Positions 9,669 to 19,303 of a stretch of 64,000 nucleotides of DNA are shown here, in pieces (within the stretch, counting starts at the first letter, position 1; each line of letters opens with the position of its first letter). Source of the DNA: an uncultured Candidatus Saccharibacteria bacterium (GTDB lineage Bacteria > Patescibacteriota > Saccharimonadia > Saccharimonadales > CAYZZS01). Under the pieces are notes generated by a model. That model saw only the letters and a list, made by a program, of their open reading frames with translations. It did not search any database and had not been told where the DNA came from. A program made the translations under genes and the position numbers. The DNA is taken from positions 24,872 to 88,871 of the forward strand of contig CAYZZS010000002.1 of NCBI GenBank assembly GCA_964483035.1. Reading direction: 5' to 3'.

Positions 9669-12272
9669 ATGAAGAGAGTGTTTAAGCGTGTTTTGGGTGA
9701 CCCGCAGGCAAAAACTTTGAAACGGCTGAAGAGACGGGTTCGTGAAATTAATGATCTTGCCGAAACGTATACCAAGATGTCCGATTCCGAGCTTCGTAAG
9801 CAGACGGACGTACTGAAAAAGCGGCTGGACCAGGATTCACTGGATAAAATTCTGCCGGATGCTTTCGCTGTAGTGCGCGAAGCAGCCACCCGAGCGCTGG
9901 GACAGCGGCACTATGATGTGCAGCTTATCGGCGGTATGGTACTGCACGAGGGTAACGTAGCCGAGATGAAGACTGGTGAAGGTAAGACGTTGGTCGCTAC
10001 CGCACCGGTGTATCTAAATGCGCTCACCGGCAAGGGCGTGCACGTCGTGACGGTCAACGACTATCTAGCGAAGCGTGACGCCGGCTGGATGGGGCAGGTG
10101 TACGACTTCCTCGGCCTTTCTGTGGGTGTGATTGTTCCTGATGAATCGTTTATTTATGACAAGACGTACACGAACGAAGAGCAATCTGACGAGCGATTTA
10201 AGCATCTCCGTCCCTGCACCCGCCAGGAGGCGTACGCGGCTGATGTAACCTATGGTACGAACAACGAGTTCGGCTTTGACTATCTGCGCGATAACATGGT
10301 GCGCGAAACTGACCAGCTGCGGCAACGGGAGCTGCACTTTGCGATCGTCGACGAAGTCGACTCGATTCTTATTGATGAGGCGCGCACGCCACTGATTATT
10401 TCCGCTCCGTCGATTACGAGCGGTAACGCCTACGCGCAATTTACCAAGGTGGTCCGCAATCTGAAGAAAGACGAAGATTATGAAGTCGATGAAAAGCGCA
10501 AATCAGTAGTACTGACCGATGCTGGTGTGGAGAGGACCGAGAAAATCCTAGGTATCGGTAACCTGTATGACGCTGACAATATCCGAACCATCTATCACTT
10601 AGAGCAGGCGTTGCGAGCTCAGGCGCTGTTTAAGCGCGATAAAGATTACGTGGTTACGACTGACGGTGAGGTAGTTATCGTTGACCAATTCACCGGCCGT
10701 CTGCTGAAAGGGCGCCGCTATAATGAAGGCCTGCACCAGGCAATTGAGGCCAAGGAAGGCGTCGAAGTCCAGCAGGAGTCAATGACACTGGCAACCATTT
10801 CTTTCCAGAATTACTTCCGTCTGTATGAGAAGCTGGCCGGTATGACCGGTACTGCTTTGACCGAAAGCGAAGAGTTCCATCAGATCTACAAGCTTGATGT
10901 GGTGGAGATTCCGCCGAACAAACCGATTGCCAGAATCGACCGGCCGGATCGTATTTATAAGACCGAAGCCGGTAAGTTCAGGGCCATTGTAGACGAGGTC
11001 AAGCAGCTGCATGAGAAGGGTCAGCCGGTCTTAATTGGTACCGTATCGATTGAAAAGAACGAGCGACTCAGTGAACTGCTTAGCAAGGCAGGTATTCCGC
11101 ACCAGGTGCTTAACGCCAAGAATAACGAGAAGGAGGCGGCAATTGTAGCGCGTGCTGGTGAAAAGGGTGCAGTTACGCTGGCAACCAACATTGCCGGACG
11201 CGGTACGGACATCGTGCTAGGTGAAGGGGTCAAGAAGTTAGGCGGCTTGTTCGTGCTTGGCTCGGAGCGGCACGAATCGCGGCGTATCGACAACCAGCTG
11301 CGCGGACGATCGGGGCGTCAAGGCGACCCGGGTGAGACCCAGTTCTTTGTGAGTACTGAGGATGATCTGATGCGTATTTTCGGCGGTGATCGGATCGGTG
11401 CAATCATGGATCGGCTCAAGGTCGATGATGATGTGCCAATCGAGAACCGCATCATCAGCAAGAGCCTGGAAAGCGCACAGAAGAAAGTCGAGGGTTTCAA
11501 CTTCGACCAGCGCAAGAACGTTGTGCAGTATGACGACGTCATGAACCGCCACCGCAAGGCAACCTACGCCATGCGCCGTGAGATTTTAAAGCAGACTGAT
11601 ATCAGAAAGCGGATTGGTATTTTCATTGAAGAAGAAGTTCGTGAGCTTAGCAATTCGCCGCTGGCAACAACAGAACAGTATCAAGACATCATTACCGAAG
11701 TATTCCCGTTTGACGAGGAGACGCTGGATCAGCTGTTTGATGCTGAGGCTGACCGGTTTGAGACAGTCTTGCTGCAGAAGGCGAAAGAGCTATATAACGG
11801 TAGAGAGGCAGCCTTCACACCGGACATCATGCGTAAGGTTGAGCGGGATATTTACCTGCAGGTGCTTGATAATCTCTGGATGCAGCACCTGGAAAACATG
11901 GCCCATCTAAGAGAGGGCATCCACTGGATCAGTGTAGGCCAGCGTGATCCGCTTGTTGAGTATCGACGCCAGGGGCAGCGGCTCTTCGACGAAATGCAGC
12001 ACAACCTGCGGCACGACGTGCTTCGAGCCCTGTTCCATGCTGAGCCGGTTCGGGCTGAGGAGATTGATCGCCCAATTGAAACCGAGCTGACGCGTGCTGC
12101 TCGCCAGTCGGTCGATAATGCCGATAGGGTAACGCGTGCAGATCACTTGCACGAGGAAGATTTCGTGCCGAAAAAGGCTGAGCAAAAGGCTAAGAAGGCG
12201 GCTGACGAAAAGCGCAAGAAGAGCCGTAAGGCTGAGCGCCAGCGCCGCAAGAAAGGTATGCAGCGCCGCTAA
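9669..12272 (+). CDS. secA: Preprotein translocase ATPase SecA
   Basis: EMKTGEGKT, VVTVNDYLA, IVDEVDSILIDEARTPLIIS, QLRGRSGRQGDPG. Confidence 0.98.
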   Translation: MKRVFKRVLGDPQAKTLKRLKRRVREINDLAETYTKMSDSELRKQTDVLKKRLDQDSLDKILPDAFAVVREAATRALGQRHYDVQLIGGMVLHEGNVAEMKTGEGKTLVATAPVYLNALTGKGVHVVTVNDYLAKRDAGWMGQVYDFLGLSVGVIVPDESFIYDKTYTNEEQSDERFKHLRPCTRQEAYAADVTYGTNNEFGFDYLRDNMVRETDQLRQRELHFAIVDEVDSILIDEARTPLIISAPSITSGNAYAQFTKVVRNLKKDEDYEVDEKRKSVVLTDAGVERTEKILGIGNLYDADNIRTIYHLEQALRAQALFKRDKDYVVTTDGEVVIVDQFTGRLLKGRRYNEGLHQAIEAKEGVEVQQESMTLATISFQNYFRLYEKLAGMTGTALTESEEFHQIYKLDVVEIPPNKPIARIDRPDRIYKTEAGKFRAIVDEVKQLHEKGQPVLIGTVSIEKNERLSELLSKAGIPHQVLNAKNNEKEAAIVARAGEKGAVTLATNIAGRGTDIVLGEGVKKLGGLFVLGSERHESRRIDNQLRGRSGRQGDPGETQFFVSTEDDLMRIFGGDRIGAIMDRLKVDDDVPIENRIISKSLESAQKKVEGFNFDQRKNVVQYDDVMNRHRKATYAMRREILKQTDIRKRIGIFIEEEVRELSNSPLATTEQYQDIITEVFPFDEETLDQLFDAEADRFETVLLQKAKELYNGREAAFTPDIMRKVERDIYLQVLDNLWMQHLENMAHLREGIHWISVGQRDPLVEYRRQGQRLFDEMQHNLRHDVLRALFHAEPVRAEEIDRPIETELTRAARQSVDNADRVTRADHLHEEDFVPKKAEQKAKKAADEKRKKSRKAERQRRKKGMQRR

Positions 12273-12354
12273 GACATGAGTGCGACCGCATTCGCGTTCT
12301 CCTTGTCTATCATATTTACTTTGAGCAACTAACGGAAAGCAGTATCTTCGACTC

Positions 12355-13647
12355 ATGAAACATACCGTCAGCGAACTGAAACTTTCAAACGGGGCACAGG
12401 GCTTACTCATCCATGTGCCAGACGCGACGGTGATGACATTCGATATTAATTTTAGGGCCGGTGAGTATTTGGTAGATCGCCCAAAATGGGAAACACCGCA
12501 TATCATGGAGCATATGCTGCTGGGTGCCAACGAACTGATTCCGCGGGCCCGCGCCTTTCAGGCGGAGTTCGAGAAGAACGGTGCCTACAGCAATGCTTCG
12601 ACAAGTACCTACGACATTATTTACGAAGCTGAATGCGCGGACTTCGAATGGGACCGGATTCTTGGCCTGCTGCTAGTCTCTATCACCAAGCCGCTGTTCC
12701 TGGAGGAAGAATTCAAGGCTGAGTACGGCAATGTGCGCGAAGAGCTTACCGCCCGGTCAAATAACCACTTTCGGCACCTCAGCTTATCGTTGCGCGGCCG
12801 GTACGGGTTCAGTGCGCTGACTGATCATACGCGGCTGGAGTTGATGCCTAACGTGACACTTGAGGATATCCGACATCACTACGATGCCACGCATACTTCG
12901 CAGAACATGCGCTTTGTCATCGCTGGCAACATCAATAAGAAGCGGCGCGATACGATAAAAAAGCTACTCGGCACTATTGAGCTAGAAGAGGGCGAGGGAC
13001 GCAAAGAGTTACCGCTGGAAATGCCAAACGGTTTGGAGCAGCCGCTGTATATTCATAATGATACGGTGGACAACTTGTATTTTTATGTCGATACGTTCAT
13101 GACGCGGCGACTGACCGACCCTGAGAGTGATGCGCTGAATCTACTCAATACCATGCTGACAGAGACACTGTATTCACGAATACTTGGCGCAGCCAGAGAG
13201 CGCGGACTGGTTTACGATATGAATTCTGGCATCAACCAGTCACGGGCCTGTAGCAATTGGTGGTTCGGAGCGCAGGTTATGCCGCAGAACGCCAGGCCGC
13301 TGTTCAGTATCATGATGAAGGAGCTGTCGGATATATTTGATGGCAAGTTGGATGATGAGGATGTGCAGGCAGCCAAGCAGTATGCACTTGGCAAATACCA
13401 GCGCAGTGGTCAGACAGTCGGTGGTACTGCGAACGGCTACGCGTATCGTTACTTCTTTGACGAACACATCGAAGACTACTATTCCGTGCCGGACCGTATT
13501 AGGGCTATCAGTAAGCAGCGCATCGTGAAAATTGCGAATGAAATGTTCAGCGAGAAGGTCTGGGGTCTCGGTGCGCTCGGTAATGCCGGTAATGAATTCA
13601 CCGAGGAGCTGCACAGGAAGATCCGGCCGCTTTGGTCGCGTCACTAA
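12355..13647 (+). CDS. M16 family zinc peptidase (insulinase-like)
   Basis: Inverted zinc motif HIMEH, NAST, and RERGLVY in the C-terminal half. Confidence 0.88.
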   Translation: MKHTVSELKLSNGAQGLLIHVPDATVMTFDINFRAGEYLVDRPKWETPHIMEHMLLGANELIPRARAFQAEFEKNGAYSNASTSTYDIIYEAECADFEWDRILGLLLVSITKPLFLEEEFKAEYGNVREELTARSNNHFRHLSLSLRGRYGFSALTDHTRLELMPNVTLEDIRHHYDATHTSQNMRFVIAGNINKKRRDTIKKLLGTIELEEGEGRKELPLEMPNGLEQPLYIHNDTVDNLYFYVDTFMTRRLTDPESDALNLLNTMLTETLYSRILGAARERGLVYDMNSGINQSRACSNWWFGAQVMPQNARPLFSIMMKELSDIFDGKLDDEDVQAAKQYALGKYQRSGQTVGGTANGYAYRYFFDEHIEDYYSVPDRIRAISKQRIVKIANEMFSEKVWGLGALGNAGNEFTEELHRKIRPLWSRH

Positions 13648-13672
13648 AATTCCTTAAGGTATACTTACTGCA

Positions 13673-14764
13673 ATGGAGCAACTAGCAAGAGATATAGCGG
13701 ACTTTGAGGGTGCGGTGCTGGCTTCCGTGGAACGAATTCGCCTCCAGGAGCTTGAGGCTGAGCTGGCGCAGATAGCTGAGGAGATTGAATCGCCAGATTT
13801 TTGGTCAGATAACCGGCATGCGCAGTCGGTCATGAAACGCCAGGCAAAGCTGCTTGCCAGGGTGGAGCCGTGGCAGCAGCTCCGTTCGGGGTTGGCTGAT
13901 CTGGCTGAGCTGGCTGCACTCAATGACGAGTCTTTGCAGGAAGATCTTACCGCGCAGCTGGCGCAGCTGAAGCAATCGTACGAAGATTTGACCGGGCAGC
14001 TGAAGCTCTCGGGCGACTATGATGATCGAGACGCTATACTCAGTATCTATGCCGGAGCCGGCGGTACGGACGCCCAGGATTGGGCAGCGATGCTACTGAG
14101 GATGTATATTCGCTGGGCCGAACGGCATGGTATGAGCGTTCTGACTATCGAGCAATCCGAGGGTGACGAAGCGGGGCTGAAGAGCGTGACACTGGAGATT
14201 AGCGGCAATTTCGTCTACGGACTGCTGAAGGGCGAGCACGGCGTGCATCGCCTGGTCCGGCTCAGCCCCTTTAATGCCGACAATCTACGCCAGACCAGCT
14301 TTGCCAAAGTTGAAGTACTGCCCAAAATCGAGAATGAAGAGGATGTCGAAATTGATGAAAAGGATTTGCGTATCGATGTATACCGGTCCGGAGGCAAGGG
14401 AGGGCAGTCGGTGAATACAACTGATTCAGCCGTTCGGATTACGCATGAGCCGACCGGTATTACGGTGGCCATTCAGAATGAGCGTTCGCAGCTGCAAAAT
14501 AAAGAAACAGCGCTAACTATCTTGCGCTCCCGCTTGGCACAGCTAAAGCTGGAGCAGCATCAGGAAAAGATTGCTGAGCTAAAGGGGCCGAACCAGTCGG
14601 CGGAGTGGGGCAATCAAATTAGGTCCTACGTTCTCCACCCCTACACTATGGTCAAGGACTTGCGTACCCGACATGAGACCAGTGATACCGAGGGGGTGCT
14701 CGATGGTGAGCTCGACTCATTCATCGAAGCCTATCTTGATTCGCAGATTGGTGAACAGAGTTAG
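13673..14764 (+). CDS. prfB: Peptide chain release factor 2 (continuous ORF, no programmed frameshift)
   Basis: SPF anticodon motif, GGQ motif, GAGGTDAQDW, QIRSYVLHPY. Confidence 0.96.
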   Translation: MEQLARDIADFEGAVLASVERIRLQELEAELAQIAEEIESPDFWSDNRHAQSVMKRQAKLLARVEPWQQLRSGLADLAELAALNDESLQEDLTAQLAQLKQSYEDLTGQLKLSGDYDDRDAILSIYAGAGGTDAQDWAAMLLRMYIRWAERHGMSVLTIEQSEGDEAGLKSVTLEISGNFVYGLLKGEHGVHRLVRLSPFNADNLRQTSFAKVEVLPKIENEEDVEIDEKDLRIDVYRSGGKGGQSVNTTDSAVRITHEPTGITVAIQNERSQLQNKETALTILRSRLAQLKLEQHQEKIAELKGPNQSAEWGNQIRSYVLHPYTMVKDLRTRHETSDTEGVLDGELDSFIEAYLDSQIGEQS

Positions 14765-14863
14765 CTGAAGCAGCGTTCTGCTGGCTGCAGTGCTGGAATT
14801 CCGATATCGTCGCCAGCCGTAATCCGACATAGTGAAGCTGTAAGCAGTCCCGCGGGAGGTGTT

Positions 14864-15061
14864 ATGCGATATCAGAGTACGATGCCGATGCTATCAAAAC
14901 ATAGCAACATCTGGCAATTGCCGGATAGCCCGGGCACCGTTCCACCCAGCAGGCCGGGCCAACCAGATGAGGGGCCTGAGGTTCCGAACCCGGATCCTGG
15001 CGTGCCGATTCCCGAGGAACCGGACGATACTCCTTCTCCCGGTATGGGCGAAGTTTCGTAG
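14864..15061 (+). CDS. Small Pro/acidic-rich hypothetical protein
   Basis: GGAGGT SD just upstream of the ATG; coherent Pro-rich composition; fills the prfB-ftsE gap. Confidence 0.45.
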   Translation: MRYQSTMPMLSKHSNIWQLPDSPGTVPPSRPGQPDEGPEVPNPDPGVPIPEEPDDTPSPGMGEVS

Positions 15062-15121
15062 ATAGAGCGGACTTTTGCCGGCTGTAATGCTTTAGCATAT
15101 CTGTTATAATTATCTTCGTTC

Positions 15122-15805
15122 ATGATACTTCTGGATAGGGTAACAAAAATATATGGCCGCCATGCCAGCCCGGCAATTGAACGGGTTAATTTGCATGTAG
15201 AGCCGAAGGAATTCGTTATCGTAGTCGGCTCCAGTGGTGCCGGAAAATCAACACTCTTGAAGCTTCTGACCAGAGAAGAGAAGCCGTCGAGTGGCAAGAT
15301 TATCGTTGGCGGCGTGGATTATGACAAGTTGCGTGACCGTGACATACCGCTGCTTCGGCGCAAGATCGGCGTGGTATTTCAGGATTTCAAATTACTGCCA
15401 AATAAAAGCGTAGCTGAGAACGTGGCTTTTGCGCTGGAAATAGTCGGGATGGGAAGCCGGGAGATTCATCATACCGTGCCGCGGGTGCTGGATATTGTCG
15501 GATTGAAGGGCAAGGAAGGCCGTATGCCGCAGGAGCTGTCCGGCGGTGAGCGCCAACGCGTGGCAATCGCCCGGGCGATTGTCCGCCAGCCCAAGATCCT
15601 AATTGCTGATGAGCCGACCGGCAACCTTGACCCGAAGCATGCCTGGGATGTGATCCGGGTGCTGGAGAAGATCAACAAATACGGCACTACCGTGTTGCTG
15701 ACAACCCACAACAAGGAAATCGTTGATAAGCTACAGCGTCGGGTCATTACTATCAAAGACGGCAAAATTTTTAGCGATCAAGCCCACGGGGGTTATACCG
15801 GATGA
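15122..15805 (+). CDS. ftsE: Cell division ATP-binding protein FtsE
   Basis: [42 protein letters not shown]; ATGA overlap with ftsX. Confidence 0.95.
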   Translation: MILLDRVTKIYGRHASPAIERVNLHVEPKEFVIVVGSSGAGKSTLLKLLTREEKPSSGKIIVGGVDYDKLRDRDIPLLRRKIGVVFQDFKLLPNKSVAENVAFALEIVGMGSREIHHTVPRVLDIVGLKGKEGRMPQELSGGERQRVAIARAIVRQPKILIADEPTGNLDPKHAWDVIRVLEKINKYGTTVLLTTHNKEIVDKLQRRVITIKDGKIFSDQAHGGYTG

Positions 15806-16758
15806 GGAACGAGAGCACGATCAAGAGCCGACTTATTACACTCGGCCGGATTGTCAGGGCAGGCTCGAAAAACCTGTTTCGTAACGCCTGGCTCAGTATC
15901 GCGGCCATTGCAGTCATGGTCGTGGCACTGACCATTATTCTGCTGGCTGTCGTGTTGAATGTGACGGCGCGGAATGCGATCAGCGAACTGTCAAAGAACC
16001 TGAAAGTCTCGATATATCTGCATGAAGATGTGTCGGATCAGCGCCGGCAGGAGTTGGAGCAAGCGCTGCGGGCAAGCGAGTACAGCGCGTCTGTGGAGTA
16101 TATTTCCAAGGATCAGGCGCAGTCCCGATTCACCCAAAGTTTTCAGAATGATCAAGAGCTCCTTGAGGGGCTGATGTTGGCTGGTGCTGATACTCTGCCG
16201 GCGTCGTACGAGGTAGGGGTTAGTGACCTGAGCCGGATGCAGGAGATTGAAACGATAGCTGGCAGGGAAGATTTTTCCGATATTGTCGAGAGCATCACAC
16301 TTGGCCGGACTGACGCCCGTCGCACTATTGATCGAGCTGCCTCAGCGCAAGGCTTCATTACTCGCGCCAGTGTATTCTCGGCTACGGTCTTCACCATAGT
16401 TTCGGTACTGATTATTTTCAATACCATCCGTATGGCGATCTTTACCCGTTCTGAAGAGATTCGAATCATGAAGCTGATTGGAGCCACGCCAAGCTATATC
16501 CGTGGCCCGTTTTTGGTCGAGGCCTCGCTTTATGGCATTATCGCTGGATTGATAGCCGCCGGTGCGGTATATTCCATTGTCTTGTCTATCGGGTCCAAGA
16601 TCGCTTCGCAGCCGGAGTTTGCGCAAACATATAGCTTCTTCACGCTACCGGCATCTGTTGCTATGGTGCTGGTGTGCTCGGTGCTTGCCGGTATTTTGGT
16701 CGGTGTCTTCTCCAGCGCCCTGGCTATGGAGCGGCACTTGAAGCTAAAGCATTGGTAG
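15802..16758 (+). CDS. ftsX: Cell division permease FtsX
   Basis: Four TMs with a large first loop; IFNTIRMAIFTRSEEIRIMKLIGAT..YIRGPF. Confidence 0.93.
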   Translation: MRNESTIKSRLITLGRIVRAGSKNLFRNAWLSIAAIAVMVVALTIILLAVVLNVTARNAISELSKNLKVSIYLHEDVSDQRRQELEQALRASEYSASVEYISKDQAQSRFTQSFQNDQELLEGLMLAGADTLPASYEVGVSDLSRMQEIETIAGREDFSDIVESITLGRTDARRTIDRAASAQGFITRASVFSATVFTIVSVLIIFNTIRMAIFTRSEEIRIMKLIGATPSYIRGPFLVEASLYGIIAGLIAAGAVYSIVLSIGSKIASQPEFAQTYSFFTLPASVAMVLVCSVLAGILVGVFSSALAMERHLKLKHW

Positions 16759-16855
16759 GGAAGCTAGTCGTATCGCTGCCTGTCGCCCGGCCTGTTTTTG
16801 CATTTCATCTGGAAAATAGTTATGCTACCATGGGATTATGTCATAGGCTAATGCC

Positions 16856-18028
16856 ATGCGAAAAAACATAAAAACTACCAGAATAAAACAGTATCCAGCA
16901 TTTGTTGTCATAGCCGCCTGCTTGCTGGCGGCTGTTGGCTTTATGGGTAGTTTTCAGGGCAAGACCGGTGCTGAGTCCATTGATGAGCTGCGGGAAAAGT
17001 CAGCCCAGCTTCAGTCAGAAATCAATGAGGCGAATCGCAAGGCAGCTGAACTTGCGGACCAGGCCAGTTCACTAGAGAAGGCAGTTGCCGAACTGGATAT
17101 TCAGATTGAGCAGGCCACCAAAGAAATTGAACTGACAAACGTAAAAATTGCCGAACTGGAAGAAGAGCTGCGTATTACACAGGCCGAACTCGAACGTCAG
17201 AAAGACCTCCTCAAAGCCAACATGCGCGCTCTCTACAAACGGGGCGGCGCCTCCACAGTTGAAATGCTTGCCGCCAGCGACAGCTTCACTGAATTTATTA
17301 ACGACCAGGAATACCTGGAGCGGCTGAAGGTTTCGATACAGCAGTCGACGGAGAGGGTGATTGCCCTAAAGCAGCAGATTCAGGCGCAGCAGACCGAGCA
17401 AAAAGCACTGCTCGCTAAACAGGAGGCTGCCAAGCTGTCACTGGATAACACACGGGCAGAACGTGCTAACTTGCTTGAAGCGACTCGCGGCGAAGAGGCG
17501 CGATTTAGGGAGTACAGCCGCAGCCTGGCCGATCGGCAACGTGAGATTAACCGGGAACTGCTTCGCCGAAGCCGTATTGTCAGTACCGGCGGGTCGGGGA
17601 ACTATCCTTGGGCTCATGCGCTTTGCTCCATTACGCATCAGGTGGACGGTGGATGCTGGGATTACGAATGGTATGTCGACAGTTTCTGGAACCGACAAGA
17701 TCCCTGGGGCTATTATTATCGGAACTGTACGTCATATGTCGCCTGGCGAAGTGCGCAGAACGGGCTTGAGGTGCCGGGACTAGGTAATGGCGGTGCCTGG
17801 GCAAGTAACGCCTGGAAGCACAATCTGCCCACTGGCAAGACGCCAAAACGGGGTGCATTTGCAGTGTTTACGACCGGCGGCTATGGCCATGTGGCGTACG
17901 TTGAAGATATTAAAGGTGGCGAAGTGCTAATAAGTGAGTATAATTTTGTAGCGGACGGTGTGTATTCCGAGCGCTGGATTCCACAAAACCAGCCAACTAG
18001 CTATGTGTATACACCGTGGTCATATTAA
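16856..18028 (+). CDS. PcsB/CwlO-like coiled-coil peptidoglycan hydrolase with C-terminal CHAP domain
   Basis: Signal peptide, long coiled coil, CHAP motifs NCTSYVAWR, GNGGAW, GHVAYVE, ISEYN; follows ftsEX. Confidence 0.9.
   Translation: MRKNIKTTRIKQYPAFVVIAACLLAAVGFMGSFQGKTGAESIDELREKSAQLQSEINEANRKAAELADQASSLEKAVAELDIQIEQATKEIELTNVKIAELEEELRITQAELERQKDLLKANMRALYKRGGASTVEMLAASDSFTEFINDQEYLERLKVSIQQSTERVIALKQQIQAQQTEQKALLAKQEAAKLSLDNTRAERANLLEATRGEEARFREYSRSLADRQREINRELLRRSRIVSTGGSGNYPWAHALCSITHQVDGGCWDYEWYVDSFWNRQDPWGYYYRNCTSYVAWRSAQNGLEVPGLGNGGAWASNAWKHNLPTGKTPKRGAFAVFTTGGYGHVAYVEDIKGGEVLISEYNFVADGVYSERWIPQNQPTSYVYTPWSY
17177..17341 (+). repeat. 165-bp exact direct repeat, copy 1 (inside the CHAP hydrolase gene)
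   Basis: ACACAGGCCGAACTC...GTTTCGATACAG is identical base for base to 18419-18583. Confidence 0.97.
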
Positions 18029-18058
18029 TAGGGTAAATACGAACATTGAGGGTAAATT

Positions 18059-19270
18059 TTGCGAGAGGGTAAAAGCAGCATAAGGCACAAACAAAGAGAG
18101 CGCCAGGCAACACAAATACGGAAAAAAAGCAGCAGGCTGCTATTTGGAATTGCTACCGTGCTTATTGCAGCTGGCACCTACTGCGGGTACCTGACGCATT
18201 CAACGGCAAGCGCACAGTCGGTTAATGAGCTCCGGGCGCGTTCCGCGCAGTTGGAGGCAGAGATCAAAGCCAATGAGCAGCGGGCAGCGGAACTACATAG
18301 TCATGCTGAGACATTGGCCGAGAAGCTCCAAGAGCTGCGATACGAGATCGAGCATGCCAATAAAGAGATTCAGCTGACTAAGTTGAGGATCGAAGAGCTC
18401 ACTAAAAAGCTGGAAGAGACACAGGCCGAACTCGAACGTCAGAAAGACCTCCTCAAAGCCAACATGCGCGCTCTCTACAAACGGGGCGGCGCCTCCACAG
18501 TTGAAATGCTTGCCGCCAGCGACAGCTTCACTGAATTTATTAACGACCAGGAATACCTGGAGCGGCTGAAGGTTTCGATACAGGAATCGGCGGTAAAAGT
18601 AGTTGAGTTGCAAAAGCAGATCGAAGCAGAAAAGCAGGAGCAGGAAGCCCAGAAGCAGCACCAGGAAGAGCAGCGCCGTGTCCTTGATGCCAAGCGTCAG
18701 GAGCAGAGCGATCTCCTGGCTCGAACCCAAGGAGAGGAAGCGAAGTACAAGCAGGTGGTTGCCCAGCAGCGCCGAGAGCTGAAAGAGGCAGAAGATAAGC
18801 TGGCAAGACTGCTATCAGCCGGAACGACCGTTTCTCAAGGGCCGGTTTCGCGCGGCCAGAAAGTTGGCTCTCTCGGCAGTACCGGTTATTCAACCGGACC
18901 CCATCTGCATTTCATGGTTCGTCATAATGGCGCGACCGTAAACCCTTCGGCTGGGGGGCGCAGTCTGATTAATGGCTACTCATGGCCGATTGCCGGCGGT
19001 GCGGGTTGGATTTCGCAGCACTATGGCTGCGTGGCGCCTGCTGGATTTTATGCTCAAAGCTGTAATGGGGGCCGCAACAGTGTGCACAGTGGTATGGATA
19101 TTGCTGCCAGTGCCTATACGAGCATTGTTGCTGCAGCTGATGGTGAAATCGTGTTCCGCGGCTGTTCCGGTGCACTCGGATACGTTGTCGTGATTGACCA
19201 TGGCGGTGGGTGGCAGACCTGGTATCCGCATATGGTGACGCCATCCGGCCAGGTTTACGGCTACTGCTAG
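18059..19270 (+). CDS. EnvC/PcsB-like coiled-coil protein with circularly permuted M23 peptidase domain
   Basis: Signal peptide and coiled coil; [13 protein letters not shown]...VNP precedes WP...HSGMDI...AADG...[14 protein letters not shown]; TTG start uncertain. Confidence 0.87.
   Translation: MREGKSSIRHKQRERQATQIRKKSSRLLFGIATVLIAAGTYCGYLTHSTASAQSVNELRARSAQLEAEIKANEQRAAELHSHAETLAEKLQELRYEIEHANKEIQLTKLRIEELTKKLEETQAELERQKDLLKANMRALYKRGGASTVEMLAASDSFTEFINDQEYLERLKVSIQESAVKVVELQKQIEAEKQEQEAQKQHQEEQRRVLDAKRQEQSDLLARTQGEEAKYKQVVAQQRRELKEAEDKLARLLSAGTTVSQGPVSRGQKVGSLGSTGYSTGPHLHFMVRHNGATVNPSAGGRSLINGYSWPIAGGAGWISQHYGCVAPAGFYAQSCNGGRNSVHSGMDIAASAYTSIVAAADGEIVFRGCSGALGYVVVIDHGGGWQTWYPHMVTPSGQVYGYC
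18419..18583 (+). repeat. 165-bp exact direct repeat, copy 2 (inside the M23 gene)
   Basis: Identical to 17177-17341, offset 1242 bp, same reading frame in both genes. Confidence 0.97.
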
Positions 19271-19303
19271 GCGCAAGTCGTAGTACAATGCATTGAGTAA
19301 TAC

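Noticed and set aside
13702-13707. CTTTGA near the start of prfB, resembling the RF2 +1 frameshift site
   Set aside because: prfB is a full-length continuous ORF from ATG 13673, the pre-shift frame has no start codon after the upstream stop, and the site lies earlier than the canonical position
17177-18583. 165-bp repeat as a diversity-generating retroelement TR/VR pair or IS ends
   Set aside because: No adenine-specific mismatches, no reverse transcriptase or transposase, and both copies are in-frame coding sequence
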